DNA from: an uncultured Candidatus Rokubacteria bacterium
Lineage (GTDB): Bacteria; Methylomirabilota; Methylomirabilia; Rokubacteriales; DASRDR01
Assembly: GCA_963826115.1 (NCBI GenBank)
Contig: CAWGVS010000005.1
Location: 96,001-160,000, forward strand
DNA length: 64,000 nt
Direction of reading: 5' to 3'
The position numbers were made by a program, and so were the translations under genes. Below, piece after piece: positions 39,192-49,016 of the stretch (the stretch's first letter is position 1; every line of letters starts with the position of its first letter). A model generated the notes under the pieces. That model ran no database searches. It saw only the letters and a program-made list of their open reading frames with translations, and had not been told where the DNA came from.

Positions 39192-39722
39192 ATGCGCGAG
39201 CTAGCCCGTCGCATCGACTGGTTCCAGGAGCGCGTCGGCCGCTTCACCGCGTGGCTGATGTTCGCCATGGTCGCGGTGGTCTTCGTCGACGTGGTCTTCC
39301 GCTACCTCTTCAGCAAGAGCTCCGTCTTCACGCAGGAGCTCGAGTGGCACCTGTTCGGCGTCGTCTACCTCCTGGCCGCCGGGTACACATTCCTCTACGA
39401 CGAGCACGTCCGCGTCGACATCCTGTACGCGAGGCTCTCCCCGAGGGGCAAGGCCTGGGTCGACTTCGTCCTGATCTTCGTCATGCTCGTGCCCACGTGC
39501 CTGCTCGTGATGTACACGTCGATCCCGTTCGTCCGGAACTCGTTCGTGACCAACGAGGGGTCGCCGGACCCCGGAGGCATCCCGGTGCGGTGGGCGCTGA
39601 AGTCGGTGATCATCATCGGCTTCGCCCTGCTCCTCCTGCAGGGCGTTTCCGAGGCGATCAAGCGGTTCTACTGGGCGATGGGCTGGGAGACTCCCGAGAA
39701 GCGCGTGCAGGAGATTCACTGA
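39192..39722 (+). CDS. dctQ: TRAP transporter small permease
   Basis: Four TM segments; QELEWHLFG, EHVRVDI, EGSPDPGG. Confidence 0.9.
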   Translation: MRELARRIDWFQERVGRFTAWLMFAMVAVVFVDVVFRYLFSKSSVFTQELEWHLFGVVYLLAAGYTFLYDEHVRVDILYARLSPRGKAWVDFVLIFVMLVPTCLLVMYTSIPFVRNSFVTNEGSPDPGGIPVRWALKSVIIIGFALLLLQGVSEAIKRFYWAMGWETPEKRVQEIH

Positions 39723-39786
39723 TGCCGATCGCGACGATCGGCGCGGGACCGCCACGGCGGCTGCGGGCGCGCGGGGGGAGCCGCTG

Positions 39787-41121
39787 ATGTTCGGGATCCC
39801 GTGGGACCAGACGCTCGGCGCCCTGATGTTCGTCGGGATGATCGTCTTCCTCTTCTTCGGGTTCCCCGTCGCGTTCAGCCTCACGTTCACCGGGCTCGTG
39901 TTCGGCCTCATCGGCTTCGGGCTCAACTTCTTCAACATCCTCCCCCTGCGCATCTGGGGGACGATGACCAACTTCACGCTGCTCGCGGTCCCGCTCTTCG
40001 TGTTCATGGGGGTGGCCCTCGAGAAGTCCGGCCTGGCCGAGGAGCTCCTCGAGACGATGGCGCTCCTGTTCGGGAGGCTCCGTGGCGGCATCGCGATCTC
40101 GGTCGTCGTGGTGGGCGCGATCCTCGCGGCCTCCACCGGGATCGTGGGCGCGAGCGTCATCACGATGGGGCTGGTCTCGCTCCCGACGATGCTCCGCCGG
40201 GGGTACGACAAGCAGCTGATCACGGGGACGATCTGCGCCTCGGGCACGCTGGGGCAGATCATCCCGCCGAGCGTGATCCTCGTCCTGCTCGGGGACATCC
40301 TCGGCGTGTCGGTCGGCGACCTCTACATCGGCGCGTTCCTGCCGGGCTTCGTCCTGGTCGGCCTCTACATCGTCTACCTGGTCATCCTGGGGCAGTGGAA
40401 GCCGCACCTCGCGCCGCCGATCCCCCGCGAGGAGATCGCCGCCTTCCAGGCGCAGGCGCTGCGGCGGGTCGCCGTCGCGCTGGCGCCGGCGCTCGTCCTG
40501 ATCGTGGCCGTCCTCGGCTCGATCTTCATGGGCATCGCGTCGCCGACCGAGGGGGCGGCGGTCGGCGCCATGGGCGGCCTCCTGCTGACGCTGGTCAAGG
40601 GCCGTTTCACGATGCCGATGTTGCGGGACGTGTGCCGGACCACGACGCGGATCACCAGCCTGGCCTTCATCATCCTGGTGGGCGCGAACACGTTCGGCCT
40701 CGTGCTGCGGGGCCTGAACGGGGACAAGCTGATCCAGGACCTGCTGCTCCACCTGCCGTTCGGCCCCTACGGCGTCCTCGCGGTGGTCATGCTCGTCATC
40801 TTCATTTTGGGGTTCTTCATCGACTTCTTCGAGATCTGCTTCATTCACGTCCCGATCCTGACGCCGGTGCTGGTGCAGCACTTCCACTTCGATCCGGTCT
40901 GGCTCGGGGTGGTGATCGGCGTGAACCTCCAGACGTCCTTCCTCACGCCGCCGTTCGGGTTCGCGCTCTTCTACCTGCGGGGGGTGGCGCCGCCGGAGAT
41001 CCGGACCGGGGACATCTACCGCGGCGTGATCCCGTTCGTCTGCCTCCAGCTGATCGGCCTCGCGTTGATAGTTGCCTTCCCGGAGATCGTGTACACGCTC
41101 ATCCGCGTCTTCCGCGGCTGA
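39787..41121 (+). CDS. dctM: TRAP transporter large permease
   Basis: LAVPLFVFMG, GTLGQIIPPS, SPTEGAAVG, NLQTSFLTPPFG. Confidence 0.93.
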   Translation: MFGIPWDQTLGALMFVGMIVFLFFGFPVAFSLTFTGLVFGLIGFGLNFFNILPLRIWGTMTNFTLLAVPLFVFMGVALEKSGLAEELLETMALLFGRLRGGIAISVVVVGAILAASTGIVGASVITMGLVSLPTMLRRGYDKQLITGTICASGTLGQIIPPSVILVLLGDILGVSVGDLYIGAFLPGFVLVGLYIVYLVILGQWKPHLAPPIPREEIAAFQAQALRRVAVALAPALVLIVAVLGSIFMGIASPTEGAAVGAMGGLLLTLVKGRFTMPMLRDVCRTTTRITSLAFIILVGANTFGLVLRGLNGDKLIQDLLLHLPFGPYGVLAVVMLVIFILGFFIDFFEICFIHVPILTPVLVQHFHFDPVWLGVVIGVNLQTSFLTPPFGFALFYLRGVAPPEIRTGDIYRGVIPFVCLQLIGLALIVAFPEIVYTLIRVFRG

Positions 41122-41136
41122 GGCGCGCCCCCGACA

Positions 41137-41182
41137 AAGAGAAAGGCGGCGAAGCCGGGTGGCCCCGCCGCCCTTCGCTCTT
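41137..41182. terminator. Hairpin between convergent dctM and dctP
   Basis: Imperfect inverted repeat aagagaaaggcggcg...cgccgcccttcgctctt. Confidence 0.5.
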
Positions 41183-41198
41183 CCGGTCGGGCGGTCCC

Positions 41199-42296
41199 TT
41201 AGGCGGGCGCCGCGATCTGGGTCTGGTAGGTGCCCTCGCCGAGCGAGGCCCAGTCGTGGATCACCGCCTGGAACTTCGCGATGGACGCCGCGACCTTCTT
41301 CGCCTGCGGGGTCTTCTCCGACTCTTCCTTCAGAACCTCGACGGTCAGCTTCTTCAGCTCCTTCAGCGTATCGCTGGAGAGCTGAAGGATCTCGACCTTG
41401 CTCTTGAAGTCGGTCCGCAGCTTCATGAGAGCCGCGGCGTTCTTGTTGTCGTAGTCCATCAGCCCGTACACCTGGACGGCCGCGCAGGCCTCGTCCACGA
41501 TGTGCTTGAGGTCGGCGGGCAGGCTCTCGTAGGCCTTCTTGTTGAAGCCGAACTCGGCGGTGGTGCCGGGCTCGTGCCAGCCGGGATAGTAGTAGTAGCG
41601 CGCGGCGTTGTGGAGCCCGAGCTTCATGTCGTCGTGCGGGCCGACCCACTCGGTCGAGTCGATGACGCCGCGCTCGAGCGCGGTGTAGATCTCGCCGCCG
41701 GGGGTGAGGACGACGGTGCCGCCCGCCTTCGCCACGACCTTCCCGCCGAGGCCCGGGATCCGCATCTTCAGGCCCTTCAGGTCCGCCGCGCTGTTGATCT
41801 TCCTCCGGAACCAGCCCGCCATCTGGGGGCCCGTCGACGGGCCGGGGCGCGGCACCAGGTTGAACGCGCTGTACGTCTCCTCCCAGAGCTTGAGCCCGTC
41901 GCCGTGGAGGTACCAGCCCATCATGCCCTCGGGGTTCATGCCGAAGGGCACGGCCGAGAACCACTGAACCGCCGGCTCCTTGCCGGCCCAGTAGTAGGGG
42001 GCGCCCATGAAGCACTCGATGGTGCCCTGCTGGGCTGCGTCGAAGCAGCCGAAGGCGGGCATCAGCTCGCCGCCGGCGAACACCTGGATCTTGAGGCGGC
42101 CGCCGCTCATCTCGTCGACGAGGCGACCCATCGTCTGAGCGGCGCCCTGCAGGACGTCCAGCGCGGGGGTCCAGGTGGTCGACATTCGCCACTGGAACCG
42201 CTGCTGGGCGATGACGTTGGGAGCGTCGACCGTGACCGCCGCCGTTGCGGCCACGAGCGCGCCACCCGCCTTCACGATGAACTTGCGCCGTTGCAT
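41199..42296 (-). CDS. dctP: TRAP substrate-binding protein (TakP-like), Tat signal
   Basis: MQRRKF Tat signal, QMAGWFRRKI, KGLKMRIPGLGG, EWVGPHDD, YPGWHEP. Confidence 0.9.
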   Translation of the reverse strand: MQRRKFIVKAGGALVAATAAVTVDAPNVIAQQRFQWRMSTTWTPALDVLQGAAQTMGRLVDEMSGGRLKIQVFAGGELMPAFGCFDAAQQGTIECFMGAPYYWAGKEPAVQWFSAVPFGMNPEGMMGWYLHGDGLKLWEETYSAFNLVPRPGPSTGPQMAGWFRRKINSAADLKGLKMRIPGLGGKVVAKAGGTVVLTPGGEIYTALERGVIDSTEWVGPHDDMKLGLHNAARYYYYPGWHEPGTTAEFGFNKKAYESLPADLKHIVDEACAAVQVYGLMDYDNKNAAALMKLRTDFKSKVEILQLSSDTLKELKKLTVEVLKEESEKTPQAKKVAASIAKFQAVIHDWASLGEGTYQTQIAAPA

Positions 42297-42462
42297 GGGC
42301 ACCTCCCGCATTGGAGTGGGAACACGCCGCGCCTCGAAAACTGGCGCGATCTTAGCACCCGGCTTCGACGAGGGTCAAACCGCCAGCTGCCTTGACAGGG
42401 CTTCCAGCGACGGGCTAAATACCCGAGCGACCGACGGAAGGAGACTCGCCGTGCCGCGCTCC

Positions 42463-43794
42463 ATGGGCCCCAGCAGACGCGACGTTCTGGCCGGCGCGGC
42501 CGCGGCCGCCGCCTCGGGGCTCGCCCCTGCCATCGCGCGCCGCGCGCACGCCGCCCCTCCGGTCCTGCGAATCGCCCAGTGGACCCACTTCGTGCCCGGC
42601 TACGACGAGTGGCTCGACCGGAAGTTCTCGCGGGAATGGGGCGAGCGGAACGGGGTCACCGTCGAGATCGACCACCTCGCGCTCAGCGAGCTCAGGGCGC
42701 GCGCCGACACCGAGGTCGGGACCCAGCAGGGACACGACCTCTTCGCGTTCCCGGAGCCTCCGGCCGCGTACGAGGCCTACGTGACGCCCCTGACGGAGGT
42801 CGTCGCGGAGTGCGAGCGCCGGTTCGGGCGCCTCCCGGGCTTCATCCACAAGGGCACGTTCAACCCGCGGACGAAGCAGTACTTCGCGCTCCCCGAGAGC
42901 TGGGCCCCGGCGCCGCTCCACTACCGGACCGACCTGTGGGGGGAGGCCGGCCTCAAGCCCGACACGTGGGAGCTGCTCCGCGACGGCGCCCGGAAGATCC
43001 GCGAGAAGCGAGGGATTCCGGCGGGATTCGGGCTCGCCCCCGAGCCCGACAGCAACATGACGCTCCGCGGCCTCCTGTGGGCCTTCGGTGCCGCCGAGCA
43101 GGACGAGTCCGGGCAGGTCGCCATCAACTCGCCCGCGACGATCCAGGCGGTCAAGCTGATGGCCACGATCTACCGGGAGTCCATGATCTCGGACGTCTTC
43201 CTGTGGGACGCGGCCTCCAACAACCGCGCGTTCGTCTGGGGGCAGGCGTCGATCATCCAGAACGCGATCTCGGCGATCCGGAGCATGGAGAAGAGCAACC
43301 CGGAGCTCGCGAAGAAGGCCACGCTCGCGCCGCCCGCCGCGGGGCCGGCCGCGCGCCTGGCGCCGGCGAACGTGCTCCACTGCTACGTGCTCTGGAAGTT
43401 CTCGGACAAGGCCGATCTCGCCAAGCGATTCCTGATCGACCTCGTGGCGGCCGGCGACGACGCGTTCCGCGCGAGCGAGTTCTACAACCTGCCCAGCTTT
43501 CCCCGCGCGGTCCACGACCTGCCGAAGAAGGTCGGCGCCGGGAAGCCTGGCCCGGGCGGGAAGTCCGCCGCGGGGATCCCCGCGGACCGCTACGTGCTCC
43601 TGGCCGAGGCCGACCGCTGGAGCGCCGCGCCCGGACATCCGGGGTACTTCACCGCGGCCATCGACGAGACCCTGCAGCGGGGGATCATCCCGCTCATGTT
43701 CGCGCGGGCCGCGCGCGGCGACCAGTCGCCCGAGGTTGCCGTGCGGGCCGCCGAGACGGAGATGCGCCGCATCTTCGCCCGCTGGCAGCGGTGA
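42463..43794 (+). CDS. ABC transporter substrate-binding protein (carbohydrate family), Tat signal
   Basis: SRRDVL Tat signal, WTHFVPGYDEW, YRTDLW, WDAASNN. Confidence 0.8.
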   Translation: MGPSRRDVLAGAAAAAASGLAPAIARRAHAAPPVLRIAQWTHFVPGYDEWLDRKFSREWGERNGVTVEIDHLALSELRARADTEVGTQQGHDLFAFPEPPAAYEAYVTPLTEVVAECERRFGRLPGFIHKGTFNPRTKQYFALPESWAPAPLHYRTDLWGEAGLKPDTWELLRDGARKIREKRGIPAGFGLAPEPDSNMTLRGLLWAFGAAEQDESGQVAINSPATIQAVKLMATIYRESMISDVFLWDAASNNRAFVWGQASIIQNAISAIRSMEKSNPELAKKATLAPPAAGPAARLAPANVLHCYVLWKFSDKADLAKRFLIDLVAAGDDAFRASEFYNLPSFPRAVHDLPKKVGAGKPGPGGKSAAGIPADRYVLLAEADRWSAAPGHPGYFTAAIDETLQRGIIPLMFARAARGDQSPEVAVRAAETEMRRIFARWQR

Positions 43795-43822
43795 GCCCGG
43801 ACGCGCCGGTGGCGCCCACGGC

Positions 43823-44716
43823 ATGAAGCGGCTCGCCGCGAAGCACGCCTTCTTCCACTTCGATCCCGCGCACCCGCCGGCGCTCAGGATCAAGCCGGGG
43901 GAGGAGCTGCTGATCGAGGTCCAGGACGCTTTCGGGGGCGAGCGGGACATCGCGCGAGTTCCCGATCCATTCACCTCGGAGTGGGAGGGGCATCCGACGC
44001 CGCCGGCCACGGGGCCCGTATACGTCGAGGGGGCGGCGCCGGGGCAGACCCTCGCCATCGACATCCTCGAGATCAAGCCGGCATCCGAGGGCTTCGTCGC
44101 CATCCAGCGCAACGCGGGCTTCCTCCCGGACCGCTTCCCCACGCCGCGGATCAAGCGCATCCCGATCCGGGACGGCACCGTCCTCTTCGACGGACTTCGC
44201 CTGCCCGCATATCCGAACTTCGGCACCTTCTCGACGACCCCGGCCTCGGGCGGCCGGGCGGGCATCGCGGGCTTCCACGGGGGCGACCTCGACCAGAAGG
44301 AGGTGGCGGCGGGTAACCGCGTCTACCTCCCGATCTTCGTCCCGGGCGCGCTGTTCGGGCTCGGGGATCCCCACGCGATCATCTCGGACGGCATCGCCTG
44401 CGGAACCGGGGTCGAGTGCGCGGCGACCGCGCGGCTTCGCTTCGAGGTCCTGCCCGAGACGGTGGCGCGTCCCCGTATCGAGACGCCGACGGCGCTCCAC
44501 ATCGTCGGCTTCGGGCCCGATCTCGACAGCGCCGCCCGCGACGCCGTCGACCAGGGCGTGGCTTACCTGGTCGAGAGCCACGGGATGGACGCCGAGGACG
44601 CCTACATGCTCCTGTCCCTCGTGGGGGACCTCGTCGTCGGCACCTCGCCGCGCCCGATCATGGGCGTGCGGCTGGTCGTCCCGAAGTCGGTCCTCGCCCA
44701 GCTCTCCAAGGGCTGA
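43823..44716 (+). CDS. Acetamidase/formamidase family protein, divergent (paralogue of 15190-16107)
   Basis: TGPVYVEGAAPG, GGDLD, YLPIFVPGAL, GDPHA..SDG, EDAYMLLS. Confidence 0.8.
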   Translation: MKRLAAKHAFFHFDPAHPPALRIKPGEELLIEVQDAFGGERDIARVPDPFTSEWEGHPTPPATGPVYVEGAAPGQTLAIDILEIKPASEGFVAIQRNAGFLPDRFPTPRIKRIPIRDGTVLFDGLRLPAYPNFGTFSTTPASGGRAGIAGFHGGDLDQKEVAAGNRVYLPIFVPGALFGLGDPHAIISDGIACGTGVECAATARLRFEVLPETVARPRIETPTALHIVGFGPDLDSAARDAVDQGVAYLVESHGMDAEDAYMLLSLVGDLVVGTSPRPIMGVRLVVPKSVLAQLSKG

Positions 44717-44792
44717 CCCGCTCTCCGCGCGCCGTTGCGCCTCCCCGGGCCGTCTGTTACAACTGGCGGAGCGGACACGTGCCGCGAAGCCG

Positions 44793-45533
44793 ATGGCGGG
44801 CGAGCTGTCAGTCCTCGTGGCGTTCGTGGGAGGCCTGTTCTCGTTCCTCTCCCCCTGCGTGCTGCCGCTGTTCCCCTCGTACCTCTCCTTCATCACCGGG
44901 ATGTCGCTCGACCAGCTCCAGTCGGCGGCCTCGGACGACCGGCAGCGGCGCTGGATCCTCGCGCACTCGCTCGCCTTCGTCGTCGGGTTCTCGACTGTCT
45001 TCGTGGGGATGGGGGCGTCCTTCAGCGCGCTGGGACAGCTCCTGTTCGACTACCGCGATCAGATCCGGCTCGTGGGCGGCATCCTCATCATCGTCTTCGG
45101 CCTGTACGTCGCCGGGGTGCTCCGCCTGGGGTTCCTCGGCCGCTACCAGCAGATCCAGCTCCGGACGAAGCCGGCGGGGCTTCTCGGCTCCTGGCTGGTC
45201 GGCGTGACGTTCGCGATCGGGTGGACGCCGTGCGTCGGACCGATCCTCGGGTCGATCCTCTCGCTGGCCGGGACGGCCGAGACCGTATCGACGGGGGTCG
45301 CGCTCCTGGTCGCGTACTCCGCCGGGCTCGCGCTGCCGTTCGTCCTCTCCTCGGTGGCGCTCGGCGCGTTCCTGACCGCGTTCCGCCGATACCGCCCGTG
45401 GATGCCCGTCGTCGAGCGCGTGGCCGGCGCGCTGCTGGTCGTGGTCGGCATCCTGGTCGCCACCAACTACTTCATCGTCCTCAACTCGTACGCGCTGAGC
45501 CTCACGCCCCAGTGGCTGCTCAAGCGCCTGTAG
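44793..45533 (+). CDS. ccdA: Cytochrome c biogenesis protein CcdA
   Basis: SFLSPCVLPL and GWTPCVGPIL motifs; multi-TM. Confidence 0.92.
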   Translation: MAGELSVLVAFVGGLFSFLSPCVLPLFPSYLSFITGMSLDQLQSAASDDRQRRWILAHSLAFVVGFSTVFVGMGASFSALGQLLFDYRDQIRLVGGILIIVFGLYVAGVLRLGFLGRYQQIQLRTKPAGLLGSWLVGVTFAIGWTPCVGPILGSILSLAGTAETVSTGVALLVAYSAGLALPFVLSSVALGAFLTAFRRYRPWMPVVERVAGALLVVVGILVATNYFIVLNSYALSLTPQWLLKRL

Positions 45534-45577
45534 GACGGGCGGGCCTCCGGGACCGCGCGCGCCGGCGGGCCTGAGCC

Positions 45578-46486
45578 GTGGCGGTCCGTGTCACCGTTCC
45601 CGCGAGCTCGGCGAACTTCGGGCCGGGCTTTGACGTGCTCGGGGTGGCGCTCGCCCTCTACAACGTCGCCGAGCTCGCGGAGGCCGACGGGGTCTCGGTC
45701 GACGTCGAGGGCGAGGGCGCGGCGAGCCTCCCGAGGGACGCCCGGAACGTGGTGATCCGCGGCGCCCGCCTCGTGTACGAGGCCGCCGGCCGTCCGTTCC
45801 GCGGGCTGGCCGTGCGCCAGCGGAATCGCATCCCGCCGAGCCGCGGCCTCGGGTCGAGCGGGAGCGCGTGGCTGGCCGGCATCCTGGGCGCGAACGCAAT
45901 CCTCGGCGACCCTCTGGGGCCGGACGCGGTGATGGACCTCGCAGTCGCGCAGGAAGGGCACCCGGACAACCTGGGCGCCTCCCTCCGGGGCGGCGTGACG
46001 GTGACCGTCTGGGATGCCGAGACCCGGGCCGTGGTGTCGCTGCCCGTGCCCGACGGCATCGAGTTCGCGCTGCTCGTCCCGGACTTCGAGGCGTCCACCG
46101 CGGCGGCGCGCGCGGCGCTCCCCGCGAGCTACCCGCGTCGCGACGCGGTCTTCAACGTGACGCGCGTCGCCCTCCTGGTGGCGGCGTGGACCCAGGCGCG
46201 GTGGGACCTGGTCGGGCAGGCCATGGGCGACCGGCTCCACCAGCCGTACCGGAGCCGCGCGATGTTCCCGTGGCTCGACGGCGTGATGGCGGCCGCGCGC
46301 GATGCCGGCGCGCTCGGCGCGGCCCTGTCGGGAGCCGGCCCCTCGGTGCTGGGCCTCGCGCCCGCGGGCGCGGGGGCCGCGGTCGCCCGCGCGATGGCCG
46401 ACGCGCTGGCGGGGACCGGGCGCCGCGGCGCGGGACACGTCCTGGCCGCCGACACGCGAGGCGCGCGGGTCGACCTCCTGCCCTGA
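45578..46486 (+). CDS. thrB: Homoserine kinase
   Basis: VPASSANFGPGFD, IPPSRGLGSS, EGHPDN, DRLHQPYR, LSGAGPS. Confidence 0.93.
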   Translation: MAVRVTVPASSANFGPGFDVLGVALALYNVAELAEADGVSVDVEGEGAASLPRDARNVVIRGARLVYEAAGRPFRGLAVRQRNRIPPSRGLGSSGSAWLAGILGANAILGDPLGPDAVMDLAVAQEGHPDNLGASLRGGVTVTVWDAETRAVVSLPVPDGIEFALLVPDFEASTAAARAALPASYPRRDAVFNVTRVALLVAAWTQARWDLVGQAMGDRLHQPYRSRAMFPWLDGVMAAARDAGALGAALSGAGPSVLGLAPAGAGAAVARAMADALAGTGRRGAGHVLAADTRGARVDLLP

Positions 46487-46513
46487 CGGGGTCCCGGCGC
46501 GCTCCGCCGGGGG

Positions 46514-46542
46514 TTGACGGGTCGGGGGGCCCTTGCTATCGT
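46514..46542 (+). promoter_or_regulatory. Sigma70-type promoter with ~205-nt leader before the zinc-ribbon gene
   Basis: TTGACG-N17-TATCGT with a TG extension. Confidence 0.65.
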
Positions 46543-46755
46543 CGCGGCAACCCAGCAACCACTCGTCAAGCGTGGCACTTTCCGTTCGACCCTGGGTCCC
46601 TACACCCCGCTGAGCGAGCCGCTCGCACTCGTCCGCCGCTTGCCGTCCCGCGTCCCCGCGCACCGGGCATCCCGATCCTTCCAGGAGGTGAGACCGCGCC
46701 GCGACCGTCCCGCACGCTCCTCCGCCCCTCGTTCGTCAAAGGAGACGCACGACCC

Positions 46756-47103
46756 ATGAGCCAGGACAAGGTGTTGACGTGCCGCGACTGCGGCAAGGAG
46801 TTCCTGTTCACGGCCGGCGAGCAGAGCTTCTACGCCGAGAAGGGTTTCGAGCACGAGCCGACCCGGTGCCGCAATTGCCGGGCGACGCGGAAGGGCGGGA
46901 GCGCGGGCGGCGGCGGGATGAGCGGGGACACCGGAGGCCGCGCGCTCCATCCCGCGGTGTGCTCGGAGTGCGGCAAGGAGACGCAGGTGCCGTTCCGGCC
47001 GACCGCGGGCAAGCCGGTGTACTGCCGAGACTGCTTCCAGAAGCGGGGGAACGGCGGCGGTGGCCGGCCCGGCGGCCGGCGCAGCCCCGCCTACTTGGAC
47101 TGA
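46756..47103 (+). CDS. Zinc-ribbon / CxxC-x17-CxxC domain protein
   Basis: DKVLTCRDCGKEFLFTAGEQSFY..EPTRCRNCR; CSECG...PFRP..GKPVYCRDCF; AAAGGAG RBS. Confidence 0.9.
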   Translation: MSQDKVLTCRDCGKEFLFTAGEQSFYAEKGFEHEPTRCRNCRATRKGGSAGGGGMSGDTGGRALHPAVCSECGKETQVPFRPTAGKPVYCRDCFQKRGNGGGGRPGGRRSPAYLD

Positions 47104-47315
47104 GGGGACTCCTCGGGCGGCTCGCGCAGGGCCTCGACGATCACCACGACGAGCCCGGCGAGCGCCAGCGCGATTCCTCCGGCGATGCCGGCGGAAAACG
47201 GGTTCGGCAGGACCTTGCCCGAGAAGAACATGAGCCCGATGCCGAAGGCCAGCATCCCGAAGCCGAGACGCAGGCGCGGCGTGAGGACGGGCTCGGACGA
47301 GGGATCCTGCGGCAT
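47091..47315 (-). CDS. Small two-TM membrane protein
   Basis: Two hydrophobic segments; TACAGT 7 nt before the ATG. Confidence 0.65.
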   Translation of the reverse strand: MPQDPSSEPVLTPRLRLGFGMLAFGIGLMFFSGKVLPNPFSAGIAGGIALALAGLVVVIVEALREPPEESPQSK

Positions 47316-47384
47316 CGCCGGTACTGTAGCGAGGCGTCCGAATACAGTCAAACGCAATCCGGGGATGGAGAGGGGAGGGTGGTG

Positions 47385-47864
47385 ATGAGCAAGGCGCCCG
47401 TCATGCTCCTGGTGACCGCGACCGTCGCGTCCGTCCTGATCGGCTGGTTGCCGTCGTCGCGACTCGCGGAGGCGGACTCCCTTGGAGATCCCGTGGCCTT
47501 CGCCCTGTGCACGGCCGAGGGCGCCCAGGCGGTGGAGAAGTGCCAGGCGGTCGGGGACCCCCCGGCTTACCAGGTTCCCAATCGCCGTCGACTGATCATC
47601 GAGCAGGTCTCCGGCGACTGCGGCGGCGACGGCGCACCGGGAGAGCCGCTCCGGATGACGATCGTCGCCCAGACCGGCGGCGTCGTGGTGGAGCACGCGA
47701 TCATCGGCATCCCGCGTCCGCCGCAGCCCGGTGGTCTCATCCCGTTGACGCGGACCCGCATCTACGCGGACGCCAAGTCATCGGTGACGATCGGGCTGAC
47801 GGAGATCCCCGCCTTCTCCGGGCGCTTCTGCCGTGTCGCGTTTTCCGGCCTTCTGGTCAAGTGA
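47385..47864 (+). CDS. Secreted hypothetical protein
   Basis: GGAGG RBS, signal peptide, YQVPNRRRLIIEQVSG, four cysteines. Confidence 0.65.
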   Translation: MSKAPVMLLVTATVASVLIGWLPSSRLAEADSLGDPVAFALCTAEGAQAVEKCQAVGDPPAYQVPNRRRLIIEQVSGDCGGDGAPGEPLRMTIVAQTGGVVVEHAIIGIPRPPQPGGLIPLTRTRIYADAKSSVTIGLTEIPAFSGRFCRVAFSGLLVK

Positions 47865-47920
47865 CCGCCGCAGAAGGCGTTCGCCATGCCCCGCTGCGAG
47901 GCGCGAAGGGCGCAAAAGGC

Positions 47921-47949
47921 TTGACTGCCCTGGGGCCGAAGGCTACCCT
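47921..47949 (+). promoter_or_regulatory. Sigma70-type promoter for dcd-pup-FmdB
   Basis: TTGACT-N17-TACCCT. Confidence 0.55.
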
Positions 47950-47997
47950 GAGGCTGGCTCATGGAGAGCGGTTCGCCGCCCGTGAGCCGGTGCCCGT

Positions 47998-48552
47998 GTG
48001 ACGATCAAGAGCGATCGCTGGATCAAGCGGATGGCCCTCGACAAGGGCATGATCGAGCCCTTCGAGGAGCGGCAGTTTCGTTCCGGGGTGATCTCCTACG
48101 GGCTCTCGTCCTACGGGTACGACATCCGGATCGCCGATTCGTTCAAGATCTTCACGAACGTGTTCAACACCGTCGTCGACCCGAAGTCGTTCGACTCCCG
48201 GTCTTTCGTCGACTTCCAGGGCGACACGTGCGTGATTCCGCCGAACTCGTTCGCGCTCGGCCGCTCGATCGAGTACTTCCGGATCCCCCGCAACATCATG
48301 ACCATCTGCGTAGGCAAGTCGACGTACGCGCGGTGCGGCATCATCACGAACGTGACGCCGTTCGAGCCGGAATGGGAAGGCTTCGTGACGCTCGAGATCT
48401 CGAACACGACGCCGCTGCCGGCCCGGATCTACGCCAACGAGGGGATCGCCCAGGTGCTGTTCTTCGAGTCGGATGAGTCCTGTGCGGTCTCCTACGCGGA
48501 CCGGCAGGGCAAGTACCAGGCGCAGCAGGGCATCGTATTGCCCAAGGTGTAA
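47998..48552 (+). CDS. dcd: dCTP deaminase
   Basis: [44 protein letters not shown]. Confidence 0.95.
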   Translation: MTIKSDRWIKRMALDKGMIEPFEERQFRSGVISYGLSSYGYDIRIADSFKIFTNVFNTVVDPKSFDSRSFVDFQGDTCVIPPNSFALGRSIEYFRIPRNIMTICVGKSTYARCGIITNVTPFEPEWEGFVTLEISNTTPLPARIYANEGIAQVLFFESDESCAVSYADRQGKYQAQQGIVLPKV

Positions 48553-48561
48553 GGGGGCGAC

Positions 48562-48762
48562 ATGGCCGAGCAACAGAAGAAGAAGGTCGAGCGCCCGAAG
48601 GGCGACGGGGACGGCGACGGGGCGGCCGCGAACCCCGAGGTGTCCAAGAAGGGCAAGAAGATCAAGGAAGACCTCGACAAGCTCCTGGACGAGATCGACG
48701 ACATCCTCGAGGAGAACGCCGAGGAGTTCGTGAAGAGTTACGTCCAGCGGGGCGGGGAGTAG
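48562..48762 (+). CDS. pup: Prokaryotic ubiquitin-like protein Pup (C-terminal GGE)
   Basis: DKLLDEIDDILEENAEEFVKSYVQRGGE closely matches the Pup C-terminus; low-complexity N-terminus; 66 aa. Confidence 0.9.
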   Translation: MAEQQKKKVERPKGDGDGDGAAANPEVSKKGKKIKEDLDKLLDEIDDILEENAEEFVKSYVQRGGE

Positions 48763-48768
48763 CCGGCG

Positions 48769-48984
48769 GTGCCGATCTACGAGTACCGCTGCGCGGCGTG
48801 CGGCCGTTCGTTCGAGCGGCTCGTCCACGGCCAGCAGGCGGTGGCGTGCCCCTCGTGCGATAGCCCCGACGTGACGCGCCTCCTGTCCCTGTTCGGCTTC
48901 AAGAGCGGGCAGGGATTCGTGGCGTCGACGAGCGGCGGCGGGGGCGGGTGCGGCTGCGGCCGGGGCGGGTGCGGCTGTCACTGA
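48769..48984 (+). CDS. FmdB-family zinc-ribbon protein
   Basis: MPIYEYRCAACG..FE...CPSC; Gly/Cys-rich tail. Confidence 0.9.
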   Translation: MPIYEYRCAACGRSFERLVHGQQAVACPSCDSPDVTRLLSLFGFKSGQGFVASTSGGGGGCGCGRGGCGCH

Positions 48985-49016
48985 CGCCCCGGGGGCGAGC
49001 GAGGGCGACGAGCGGC

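Noticed and set aside
48562-48762. UBact assignment
   Set aside because: The C-terminus LEENAEEFVKSYVQRGGE matches Pup rather than the UBact-type ending.
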